IMG/VR virus record: IMGVR_UViG_3300032294_002078
Location: 1 to 56,932 of that record
Origin: a virus
Lineage: Duplodnaviria; Caudoviricetes
Reading direction: 5' to 3' (one strand)
Length of the DNA: 56,932 nt
This document shows positions 38,501 through 47,055 of this stretch, piece by piece. A program made the translations under genes and the position numbers. Under the pieces are notes generated by a model, which did no database searches, had not been told where the DNA came from, and saw only the letters and a list, made by a program, of their open reading frames with translations. Positions within the stretch are counted from its first letter, which is position 1; the number at the start of each line of letters is the position of its first letter.

Positions 38501-39854
38501 ACTATCTTATAATGATTCTGCAAATACTTTTCAAATAGTTGATGATCAATTTGTTCCGTCTCTATCTACTGAAGAACAAATTACTCCTAAAAGCAATACT
38601 ACAGAAATACCACTACTAGGAAAGTTTTCTATAGCAAAATCTTTAGAAATAAAATCTGAAGTTAGTAGTAGATTATCCAATATGCTAGCAATTTCTGCTA
38701 ATTCAAATTATGAAAATAAAGCTACGTTATCTACTAATGGAGATTCTTTTGGTTTTATTAATACTTCATACAGTGATAGATATATAGTAAATAGAGGTGA
38801 AATAACAGGAAGTAATCAAAATAAAAAAAATAATGATTCATTAAAAATATCCGCAGCACAATTTAATAGTACTATATCAGATTTTTATAGTAAAATAAAT
38901 CCTTCTCAAACTAGTGTATCTCATGCAACAAATTACTATATAGAAAAAATGACTTTAGTAAAAAATGATGAATATGCAACTAGAGCCTCTTCTATGATAC
39001 CAATATCAGTTAATTTTAGTACAGATGGTATATCAGGTTTAGGAATGGGACAATCATTTACTATATCTGATCAACTACTTCCATATACATATACAACAAG
39101 AAAAATACCAAATGCTCCTGAAGATCATATAAATAATGTTGGTTTTGTTATGGTAGGATTAACTCATACTATAGAAAATAATCAATGGAATACAGCAGTT
39201 AGAGCAAATATGATTTATTTAAAAGATAAAACAGAATTTTCTGGAAGTGTTATTAAAACAAATTTTTCAACGGGCGTATTTGGAATAAATTCTAGTAGAG
39301 TTTCTCAAGACACATTATATCCAACAACATCAGGAACTTGTAATGATCCATATACAGATAAAAACTTAAATAAAGGATGGACAGGAAAAAAACAAGCTTT
39401 TCAAAGAACTGTTATAGATCCTAGTGTTGAAGGGCCTAAACTAAAGGCTATATATGGAGATGTTTTAACAAAAGCAATTTTGGCTACTATAAAAATAGAG
39501 CAGAATTTTAGAGGATTTAATTATAATTTTGGAGGATTCGATATTACATCTGGAGGTTGGGAATTTAATCCTCAATTACACAATGGATATGTAGTAGCTA
39601 AAGAAGGCGGTACTAATTTATGTAAAGCATTTGTATCTTTTATTAATTTTGAAAGTTTTATTGCCCAAATAGTTTCTAGTTTTAAAAGAAAAGGATTTGA
39701 GTCAGCTATAGATGCTAATTCATATGCAAAAATATGGTACGAAAAATGGAACGGTTTTGGAGTGAGAACAAAATATCCAGATAGACCGACTTCAGAAGTA
39801 GATGCTGAAGCATTAAGAGACGCAGCTAGTATTTGGAACTCTATAAACGTATAA
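35535..39854 (+). CDS. Large baseplate hub-like protein with possible C-terminal cell-wall hydrolase domain
   Basis: PMPGIT..., LEWG, NF.F....DGGYDC, DGISG...GQ.F..., H.I.NN.W.T; follows the LysM gene. Confidence 0.65.
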   Translation: MPLDNKISNIIGTKLPQWVLNQLETRANKNTQDSRDNDNILYLANKSAWVRLVSSVNLNDYRDINYFKNIAGANIESPVQLFGSYIANPSSLAKQYVLFGGTSKYLNNNSYGLRSGLDYDGAYGMLGKSEVQQFGYKPMPGITRVTIETQGRLGSIRGAIINFKCWDKNQLDIIDALYFKLGFTMFLEWGHTFYYPSPQNTYQRDPNKIISTELYSIDPFEENLNKEDIQIRIAKNSRETEGNYDAMLGMCTNFNFTYTQDGGYDCTLRLMGLGILGDAIKINNAGTLPNLLEEEIKQLNNTLIEISKASAASQVPTDTNPFPPDPASNDILSNLVSDLALEIPNVFPPKLFATLPESSLKAIAFANNNVDSERAKKQLRSEFSKNGNNIVVFPYDTNFKISDNSEYETLDAKKFYRLDYAVERSSRYYISGLNLILDKNQTYSGISLDISKLKERYFLSNPNDRPDTTFGFFQDVFNKETPILNKNAGGESIYGKGTGDVVLYRYQINYKNSKALGKEYYIRVRIPWIVSDSKTRKDIIELIFKNDVFQDSRLSFRKDYFSQTQSWPNFSYSFNLVFKLKATDANNQETEIDINIDFNDSSLFQDIQTENNNLLLTAFGKTLKDRDLIAQNVNNFTNLEQQKNEQETVATQIQQALNYQSTLEIMLRTIQLHALNKAINQTEKPDLEIGRTTYVLKISDKKDARGGETFLKQIFSTGIFSQFIDDLVYKETTKIKDSIYTTDKKMVPIERFKIYSKYGFATSLLGNKEDISVLEPVNFEELLKAYVIPYEINQEIIKGTSTNHPVYIPLGLVLMILNHSCTIYDSKQNKDFQTPLVYIDFNPELNFCLTNSKQLSTDPWTCLIPFEGSFEDYKQLFDKDILISGSNAIQATSGSKETTPLFNPDTQDYLSATLPKLKFDEYVNLENEKQSGNIYRGKIMNVLMNIDYLVELAQQYSYKDGTNSVYLKTFIEQMLSDINKSLGNFNMLRLSYNDSANTFQIVDDQFVPSLSTEEQITPKSNTTEIPLLGKFSIAKSLEIKSEVSSRLSNMLAISANSNYENKATLSTNGDSFGFINTSYSDRYIVNRGEITGSNQNKKNNDSLKISAAQFNSTISDFYSKINPSQTSVSHATNYYIEKMTLVKNDEYATRASSMIPISVNFSTDGISGLGMGQSFTISDQLLPYTYTTRKIPNAPEDHINNVGFVMVGLTHTIENNQWNTAVRANMIYLKDKTEFSGSVIKTNFSTGVFGINSSRVSQDTLYPTTSGTCNDPYTDKNLNKGWTGKKQAFQRTVIDPSVEGPKLKAIYGDVLTKAILATIKIEQNFRGFNYNFGGFDITSGGWEFNPQLHNGYVVAKEGGTNLCKAFVSFINFESFIAQIVSSFKRKGFESAIDANSYAKIWYEKWNGFGVRTKYPDRPTSEVDAEALRDAASIWNSINV

Positions 39855-39855
39855 T

Positions 39856-40488
39856 ATGCCATTAAGATACTACCCATCATATGCGACTGTAAATAATCTT
39901 ACTACTAATGGAGCAGAATTTTTTTTAAATGGAGCTCCATATTCTGGTAAATACTATGAAACAATAGATGGTGAATTTTATTCTGGACCAAATCCTGAAA
40001 TCGGTCCTAGTCAAAAACTAACAAAATTAAATAGTTATGTTGGTATACCAGGATTAGATAATGTTAACTTATCTTTTAGAAGCCAAGAAGAATTAATTGC
40101 AAAAACTAATACGCAACCTACAAGAATTCAAGGTGCACCAAATTCATATTTTCCACAACCTACAGAAGAGGATTATATTAAAGGATATATTACTAGATAT
40201 TTTACAAAAAAAGAAAATGAAAAAGGTTATATAATTGAAATATCTAGAGATGAATATAATGATATAGTAAATGGTGAAACAGACTATGATATTAGATTAT
40301 ATCAAGTAACTACTATACTTTGGAAATTAACTGGACCTTTAAACAATACAAGAAAGTCACAATACAATATAATTCCAGGTATTATTGAAACAAATAAGAG
40401 GCTTACTGAGGCATCAAATAAAAACTTTTTAGGTATAGTAGAATTTATTGGTGGAGACTATATAAAATTTGCAAGACCTACTATGTAA
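39856..40488 (+). CDS. Hypothetical protein at the end of the tail module
   Basis: 210-aa ORF; P.PTEEDY..GYITRYF.KK motif. Confidence 0.7.
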   Translation: MPLRYYPSYATVNNLTTNGAEFFLNGAPYSGKYYETIDGEFYSGPNPEIGPSQKLTKLNSYVGIPGLDNVNLSFRSQEELIAKTNTQPTRIQGAPNSYFPQPTEEDYIKGYITRYFTKKENEKGYIIEISRDEYNDIVNGETDYDIRLYQVTTILWKLTGPLNNTRKSQYNIIPGIIETNKRLTEASNKNFLGIVEFIGGDYIKFARPTM

Positions 40489-40542
40489 ATAGATTATTTT
40501 ATATACAAATAGTTTTTGTATATTAGTAGTTAATAACAGGTT

Positions 40543-41838
40543 ATGTATTTCATTATTGAAGATAAAGAACAGTTGAGTCGTTTAGAAATGTCTGATCAGG
40601 CATTTATTCAAGTAGTTACTTCAAATGATTATTACCATCCAAAATTAGCTAGAGTAAGTTTAATTTATTATAATAATTCTAGTAAAGGATATGTTTTTGT
40701 AATTAACCACTGTGAAGGATTTAGTTTAGATCTTAAATTAGTTCAAGAGTTCTTACAAAAGCACAATAAGATTTATCTTCTCGATAAGAAAATGCATTCT
40801 TATTTTTTAGATCTACCTAATTCTATTGATGTACAATTTATCTGTTTAGATAAAAATAATGAATATAGTTCTTTTGAGTGTAACACACTAGTCCATAGAG
40901 ATTTTTATATCAAGCATCCTATTTTACCTACTATAAACGAAATCATTCCTATTTCTAAGCACTATGAAAAATGTGAATGCTTGTATCAAATGGTAAAAGA
41001 CTATTTTGAACTTGAAATGGATATTGAACTTCAAGACAAATTAGTTGATGCATATAAAACGGTTGAGCAAGCAGGAATAAAAGTTGATCTTAGCTGCCTA
41101 AATAAAAAGTATCAATTCCAACATAAAGAATATTCTCTTTTAGGAGATACAATTTATTCTTACTATAATCTTTATAATTTAACAGCTAGACCTACTAATT
41201 CTTTCAACAGTGTTAACTTTCTAGCCATACCTAAAGATAAAGACTTTAGAGAGTGTTTTGTACCTAAAAATGACTATTTGGTAGAATTTGACTTTGATGC
41301 ATATCATTTAAGATTAATATCTGGCCTTATAGGATTCGAGCCCCCTAAAGAGTCTATGCATAACTATCTGGGACGCGCGTATTTCAATACCACCGAGCTT
41401 ACAGATGAACAGTATAAAGAATCAAAGGCTATTACATTTAAACAGCTTTATGGTGGTATAGAACAACAATACCAACATATAGAATTCTTTAAGGCATTAG
41501 ATCAATTCATAGAACAAGAGTGGAAGAAATATAATGCTCACAAAGCTTTAATTTTGCCTACTGGCAGAATATTAAAGAAGCTACCAGGAATGAACAAATT
41601 AAAATTATTTAACTATATTGTCCAGAATTTAGAGACAAAAGAAAACATATATAAGATCTTAGAGGTAAACAAGCTTCTTAGTAAAAAGAAGACAAAATTG
41701 ATCTTAATTACCTATGATTCTTTCTTGTTTGATTTTTCTCAAGAAGATGGTAAACCTTTACTAAAAAAGATTAAACAAATCCTAGAAGGTAGCAATATGA
41801 TAGTCAAACATAAGTATGGAGTAAACTATGCTTTCTAA
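40543..41838 (+). CDS. Short, divergent family A DNA polymerase
   Basis: TARP..., R.CF....D.LVEFDFDAYHLRL (motif A), SKAITFKQLYGG (motif B), NY.VQ, ITYDSFLFD (motif C). Confidence 0.8.
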   Translation: MYFIIEDKEQLSRLEMSDQAFIQVVTSNDYYHPKLARVSLIYYNNSSKGYVFVINHCEGFSLDLKLVQEFLQKHNKIYLLDKKMHSYFLDLPNSIDVQFICLDKNNEYSSFECNTLVHRDFYIKHPILPTINEIIPISKHYEKCECLYQMVKDYFELEMDIELQDKLVDAYKTVEQAGIKVDLSCLNKKYQFQHKEYSLLGDTIYSYYNLYNLTARPTNSFNSVNFLAIPKDKDFRECFVPKNDYLVEFDFDAYHLRLISGLIGFEPPKESMHNYLGRAYFNTTELTDEQYKESKAITFKQLYGGIEQQYQHIEFFKALDQFIEQEWKKYNAHKALILPTGRILKKLPGMNKLKLFNYIVQNLETKENIYKILEVNKLLSKKKTKLILITYDSFLFDFSQEDGKPLLKKIKQILEGSNMIVKHKYGVNYAF

Positions 41839-41874
41839 TATATTATCAATATTTATTAACAGTAAATTAAGGTT

Positions 41875-42303
41875 ATGAGAAATGAGGAATTTTTGGAAAT
41901 AACATCGGAATCAATTATGAATAAACTTTTTTGTACTTTCTCTCCAAAGGAGTCTTTAGAAGACACTTTAAGAGATATAAATAGAGAGTACACAATCCTA
42001 TATAAAAAAATCTTTGTTTTGGCTTCCCCAGACTCAGAAGAATATATGTGTACATATAATATTGAGATAGAAGGAGGGCAAACTAGAATTTTACCTAATA
42101 CAATTCTACTTCATAGAAAGAAAGAATCTAATACTTTATATACTATAAACGCCTTAAACACTTTGATTAAGACTTTAAATAATGGCGTTCTAGATTCTAC
42201 TTTTCCTATTAATTGGCCTGACTATAAGAACTCAATCTTGTTAACTCAAGGAGAAGATCTGAAAAGGCTTAATACTACTATCCATAAGATAGTTGCTATT
42301 TAA
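41875..42303 (+). CDS. Hypothetical protein in the replication module
   Basis: 142-aa ORF preceded by ATATTTAT at 41849. Confidence 0.75.
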   Translation: MRNEEFLEITSESIMNKLFCTFSPKESLEDTLRDINREYTILYKKIFVLASPDSEEYMCTYNIEIEGGQTRILPNTILLHRKKESNTLYTINALNTLIKTLNNGVLDSTFPINWPDYKNSILLTQGEDLKRLNTTIHKIVAI

Positions 42304-42365
42304 CTAGAAAGATTAATTTTTCTATCTAGCCTTTCTGTCTTACATTTATCGAAATTAGTTACATT

Positions 42366-43172
42366 ATGGATATATCAGTTATCAAATCAAGATTGTCGGC
42401 TCTACAAAATCCACGTGGAGGACAAAAGAAGGACCTAAGCCAAACTATTTGGAGGCCTGCCGTGGGTAAACACTCAGTACGTATTGTGCCTTCAGTGTTT
42501 AATAAACAAAATCCATTTAAAGAAGTCTACATGCATTATGGTATCAACAATCGTACCATGATTAGTTTGACTAACTTTAATGAAAAAGATCCAATCGTTG
42601 AATTTGCTCAAGGACTTCGCAAGTCAAGTGAACGCGATAATTGGCAACTAGCTAAAAAGCTTGAACCAAAAATGCGTGTATTTGCTCCTGTGATTGTTCG
42701 TGGTGAAGAAGACAAAGGCGTTCGTCTTTGGGAATTTGGTAAACAAGTTTATATGGATTTGCTTTCTATTGCAGAAGATGAGGATGTAGGAGATTATTCT
42801 GATCCAATTACTGGTCGTGACATTACAGTTGAAACTGCTGGTAAAGAAACAACAGGCTTGATGTATAATACATCTACTGTTAGGGTTAGAACAAAATCAA
42901 CTCCACTTTCTGAAGATGCAGATAAAGTAAAGCTTTGGCTTGAAACACAACCAGATCCTTTAGGTCAGTTCAAAAGATATTCTTATGATGAGATGAAAGA
43001 AGCACTTCTTAAACATCTTAATCCAGAAGAAGAATTGAAAGAACAAGCTGATGCCGTAGAAGCTAAACCTCAAGGTGATCTTCCATGGGAAAAGCCAGCG
43101 CAAGGTCAGTATACGTTAAATACTACTAAGCCAAGTGTAGATTCGGCAATTGATGATCTTTTCGATATCTAA
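42366..43172 (+). CDS. Single-stranded DNA-binding protein (T4 gp32-like)
   Basis: W.P..G...VRIVP, G..LWEFGK.VY, D...GRDI; acidic C-terminus IDDLFDI. Confidence 0.8.
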   Translation: MDISVIKSRLSALQNPRGGQKKDLSQTIWRPAVGKHSVRIVPSVFNKQNPFKEVYMHYGINNRTMISLTNFNEKDPIVEFAQGLRKSSERDNWQLAKKLEPKMRVFAPVIVRGEEDKGVRLWEFGKQVYMDLLSIAEDEDVGDYSDPITGRDITVETAGKETTGLMYNTSTVRVRTKSTPLSEDADKVKLWLETQPDPLGQFKRYSYDEMKEALLKHLNPEEELKEQADAVEAKPQGDLPWEKPAQGQYTLNTTKPSVDSAIDDLFDI

Positions 43173-43178
43173 TCAAAT

Positions 43179-43202
43179 CCCCAACTTCGGTTGGGGTTTT
43201 TT
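43179..43202 (+). terminator. Intrinsic terminator with cUUCGg tetraloop
   Basis: CCCCAAC-TTCG-GTTGGGG-TTTTTT. Confidence 0.9.
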
Positions 43203-43217
43203 AACTAAAAGTTTTGT

Positions 43218-44279
43218 ATGGCAAAATCAGTTACAGGCGCTGTGTCTAGCGCAATCAAAGACATTTCAAGTTTAGAGAAATTTAAGAAAGGCAAAAACCT
43301 TTCAACTAGCGTAGTATTTAAAGAGCAAAGATGGATTCCACTTTCTCAAGCATTTCAAGAAACACTACAAATCCCAGGTATCCCAGTTGGTCATATTACT
43401 CTTTTAAGAGGACATTCTGATACAGGTAAAACTACAGCACTTCTTGAAGCAGCAGTTAGTGCACAAAAAATGGGTATTCTTCCTGTATTCATTATCACAG
43501 AGATGAAGTGGGATTGGAGTCATGCTAAAGAAATGGGATTCGAATATGAAGAAGTAGCAGATCCAAATACTGGTGAAGTTATTGATTATAAAGGTTTCTT
43601 CTTGTACATTGATCGTGAAAAGCTAGAGTCTATTGAAGATGTATCAGCATTTATTGCAGATATTCTTGATGAGCAAAAGAGAGGAACTTTGCCTCATGAC
43701 ATTTGTTTTTTCTGGGATTCTGTAGGATCTATCCCTTGTAGAATGAGTGTTGAAAAATCAACAAATAATAACGAGTGGAATGCAGGAGCAATGTCTCAAC
43801 AGTTTGGTAATTTTATTAATCAAAGAATTGTATTGTCTCGTAAAGCATCACAGCCTTATACAAATACACTTGTAGCAATTAATAAGGTTTGGGTAGCAAA
43901 GCCTGATTCACCAATGGGCCAACCTACACTTAATAACAAAGGTGGTAACACAATGTATTTTGACTCATCACTAGTAGTTACATTTGGTAACATTGCTAGA
44001 GCTGGTACAAATAAAATCAAAGCTACAAAGAATGGTAAAGAAGTAGAATTTGCTAAGAGAACTAGAATTAGCTGTGATAAAAATCACGTTACTGGAGTAA
44101 CAGCAGTTAACAAAGTTATCATGACAGTTCACGGATTCATCAAAGATGATAAAAAGGAGCTTGATGAGTACAAAAAGAAGTATTCTGATCAATGGACAAA
44201 AGTTCTTGGATCAAGTACATTTGATGTTGTAGAAGAAGAAACAGCGCTATCTCCTGACATTTTTGACACAGAAGATTAA
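43218..44279 (+). CDS. RecA/UvsX-like recombinase
   Basis: GIPVGHITLLRGHSDTGKT (Walker A), FFWDSVG (Walker B), KGG..M.F.S. Confidence 0.85.
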   Translation: MAKSVTGAVSSAIKDISSLEKFKKGKNLSTSVVFKEQRWIPLSQAFQETLQIPGIPVGHITLLRGHSDTGKTTALLEAAVSAQKMGILPVFIITEMKWDWSHAKEMGFEYEEVADPNTGEVIDYKGFFLYIDREKLESIEDVSAFIADILDEQKRGTLPHDICFFWDSVGSIPCRMSVEKSTNNNEWNAGAMSQQFGNFINQRIVLSRKASQPYTNTLVAINKVWVAKPDSPMGQPTLNNKGGNTMYFDSSLVVTFGNIARAGTNKIKATKNGKEVEFAKRTRISCDKNHVTGVTAVNKVIMTVHGFIKDDKKELDEYKKKYSDQWTKVLGSSTFDVVEEETALSPDIFDTED

Positions 44280-45289
44280 TGAATAAAGAATATCAAAAAA
44301 TATTCGACTCTCTCAAATCAGAGAAAGCCGAAGCATCACTCAATAGTAGAGTTCTACTTATTGATGGATTGAATACTTTTCTAAGAGCATTTACTGCAAT
44401 TGGTTGGGTTAATAAAGATCTATCTCATATAGGAGGTTTAACCGGTTTTTTACGTTCTTTAGGGTATGTAATTAAATTGGTTAGACCAACTAGAGTGATT
44501 GTTGTGTTTGATGGACAAGGATCATCTACTAATAAAAGATACATCTACCCAGAGTATAAAGCAAATAGAGGTCTTAATAGAGTTACTAATTGGGATTCAT
44601 TTGATTCACAACAAGACGAATCAGAAGCTATCACACATCAAATTGTTAGATTAATATATTATTTAAAAACACTTCCTATTGATCTTATATCTATAGATAA
44701 AATTGAAGCAGATGATGTAATAGGATATATAACAGGCAAATTAGATGGCGAAGTAACTATTATGTCTAGTGATAAAGACTATCTACAGTTAGTATCAGAT
44801 AAAATAACAATCTATTCTCCTACAAAAAAAAGATTCTATGATGAAGATCTTGTTTTAACAGAATTTGGAGTAACACCTAAAAACTTTTTAACACAAAAAA
44901 TACTATTAGGTGACTCAGGAGATAATGTTCCTGGAGTAAAAGGTTTAGGATCTAAGACAATGTTAAAACATTTTCCTGAACTAGGATCAGATAAACAAAT
45001 CACTCTAGATGATGTATTACAAAAATGTGAAGGTAAGCATAAAATACTAGAATCTATTAAGAACTATGAATTTCAACTTAGAATAAATAAAAAGTTGATG
45101 GACTTAAAAGATCCTAATATTCCTGAAGAAGCAATAGAAGAAATAAATAGTGTTTTACTAGATCCAAAAAAGATATATGATTCACAGGAATTCTTAAATT
45201 TGTATCATGAAGATCAATTAGGAAATTCAATACCTAATGTTCAATCATGGTTGTTTAATCATTTTCACGATCTACAAAAATATAAATAA
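44279..45289 (+). CDS. 5'-3' exonuclease / flap endonuclease (T4 RNase H, PolI N-terminal-like)
   Basis: LLIDG.N, VVFDG, YPEYKANR, EADDVI, SSDKD..QL, GDSGDNVPGVKGLG.KT. Confidence 0.92.
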   Translation: MNKEYQKIFDSLKSEKAEASLNSRVLLIDGLNTFLRAFTAIGWVNKDLSHIGGLTGFLRSLGYVIKLVRPTRVIVVFDGQGSSTNKRYIYPEYKANRGLNRVTNWDSFDSQQDESEAITHQIVRLIYYLKTLPIDLISIDKIEADDVIGYITGKLDGEVTIMSSDKDYLQLVSDKITIYSPTKKRFYDEDLVLTEFGVTPKNFLTQKILLGDSGDNVPGVKGLGSKTMLKHFPELGSDKQITLDDVLQKCEGKHKILESIKNYEFQLRINKKLMDLKDPNIPEEAIEEINSVLLDPKKIYDSQEFLNLYHEDQLGNSIPNVQSWLFNHFHDLQKYK

Positions 45290-45292
45290 GTT

Positions 45293-46678
45293 ATGTCGTC
45301 ATTAAATCAGTTACAGCAGTACGGTATTAGTTTTCAAATCAAGGTATTATCAAGTTTATTAAAGCATAAAGAGTTTCTACAAAATATACACGATATACTT
45401 GATACAGAAATGTTCGATAATCCAGCACACAAATGGATTGTTGGTGAGATATTAAGATACTACTACAAATATAATACAACTCCATCAACTGACGCTCTAC
45501 AAGTTGAAGTAAGAAAGATAGAAAATGAAGTATTAAAGATTAGTGTAGTAGAGCAATTAAAAGAAGCATTAAAGAGCTCTAATGAAGATAGAGATTATGT
45601 AGAGCAAGAGTTTAGTAGCTTCTGTAAAAATCAGCAAATTAAAAAAGCTATTTTAAGTTCAGTATCTTTACTTGAAAAAGGTCAATATGACGATATCAAG
45701 TATATGATTGATCAAGCATTAAAAGCAGGCCAAGAAAAATCTATCGGACACGAATACGAAAAAGATATTGAAACAAGATATCGTGAAGAAGAAAGAGCCC
45801 CAATGCCAACATTCTGGCCACACATTAACGAGTTGCTAATGGGAGGTTTAGGTGTAGGTGATCTAGGTATTATATTTGGTAATCCTGGTGGAGGTAAGTC
45901 ATGGATGCTTGTTAATATAGGAGCTGAAGCAGTAAAAAGAGGATATACTGTTTGTCACTATACATTAGAATTGTCTGAGTATTATGTAGGTAAGCGCTAT
46001 GACGCATTGTTTACAGGTATTGATGTACAGAGCGTACAAAAGAATAGACAAACTATTGAAGATACTGTTAGCAAGATTAAAGGTAAGCTTATCATTAAAG
46101 AATTTCCTATGGGAAAAGCTACTACGCATACAATTGAATCACATATTCAAAAATGCAGAGATCTAGGGTATCCTCCAGATTTAGTTATTATTGACTATGT
46201 TGACTTATTAAAAAGCAAAACTAAGTCAATAGATCCTAAAGATGCAATTGATGACGTATATACTGCTACAAAAGGTATGGCAAGAGAGCTTAAAGTACCT
46301 ATCTGGACCGTATCACAGGTCAATCGTGCTGGTGCTAAAGACGATGTAATTGAAGGAGATAAGGCAGCAGGATCCTACAATAAAATGATGATTGCAGACT
46401 TTGCCATGTCCCTATCTAGAAAAAGACAAGACAAAGTAAATGGAACAGGTCGTATCCATATTATGAAAAACCGATATGGTATGGATGGTATGACTTATGC
46501 AGCTAAAATCAGCACTAATAATGGGTATATAGAGATCAATCCAGATAGTATGGACGATGATGAATTAACATTCGAAACTTCTACTCCTACATCAGGATCC
46601 AATAAATCTTTTAACTCAGGTTTAGATAAAGATGAGAAGGCTTATTTAGCAGGTAAATTTTTTGAGCTAGGATTATAA
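45293..46678 (+). CDS. dnaB: Replicative DnaB-like helicase
   Basis: GNPGGGKS, HYTLE, VIIDYVDL, WTVSQVNR, MKNRYG. Confidence 0.9.
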   Translation: MSSLNQLQQYGISFQIKVLSSLLKHKEFLQNIHDILDTEMFDNPAHKWIVGEILRYYYKYNTTPSTDALQVEVRKIENEVLKISVVEQLKEALKSSNEDRDYVEQEFSSFCKNQQIKKAILSSVSLLEKGQYDDIKYMIDQALKAGQEKSIGHEYEKDIETRYREEERAPMPTFWPHINELLMGGLGVGDLGIIFGNPGGGKSWMLVNIGAEAVKRGYTVCHYTLELSEYYVGKRYDALFTGIDVQSVQKNRQTIEDTVSKIKGKLIIKEFPMGKATTHTIESHIQKCRDLGYPPDLVIIDYVDLLKSKTKSIDPKDAIDDVYTATKGMARELKVPIWTVSQVNRAGAKDDVIEGDKAAGSYNKMMIADFAMSLSRKRQDKVNGTGRIHIMKNRYGMDGMTYAAKISTNNGYIEINPDSMDDDELTFETSTPTSGSNKSFNSGLDKDEKAYLAGKFFELGL

Positions 46679-46721
46679 ATTAACCCAAAAAGGTTATATT
46701 TATTAAAGAAAATAGACTACT

Positions 46722-46943
46722 ATGAATTTTTTGATCGATTTATTTAGAAAAGCAATTAAAGGAGACAATTTCAGACCAACAGCATCTCCTGTTAAGTATA
46801 ATGACCAAATTGCGCAGCTTAACTCGGTTAACCCTAACCAAGCTAGCAAATTGAATACTAATACGATCAATAAAATTCAAAAGACTAAGCCTACCTTGAC
46901 TCAAAGTACTTCAGGCAATTCAGTACTTCCAGGAACTAAGTAA
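46722..46943 (+). CDS. Small hypothetical protein
   Basis: 73-aa ORF preceded by ATATTTAT at 46696. Confidence 0.6.
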   Translation: MNFLIDLFRKAIKGDNFRPTASPVKYNDQIAQLNSVNPNQASKLNTNTINKIQKTKPTLTQSTSGNSVLPGTK

Positions 46944-47055
46944 TTAGTTCAAAACACAACAGATCTTAAATTAATCAGGTTATGACTAGACTAGAAGGAA
47001 AATAAATCTTCTAGAGGCTAAACTATTTTTTAAACTTTTATAAAACAAAACTAAA

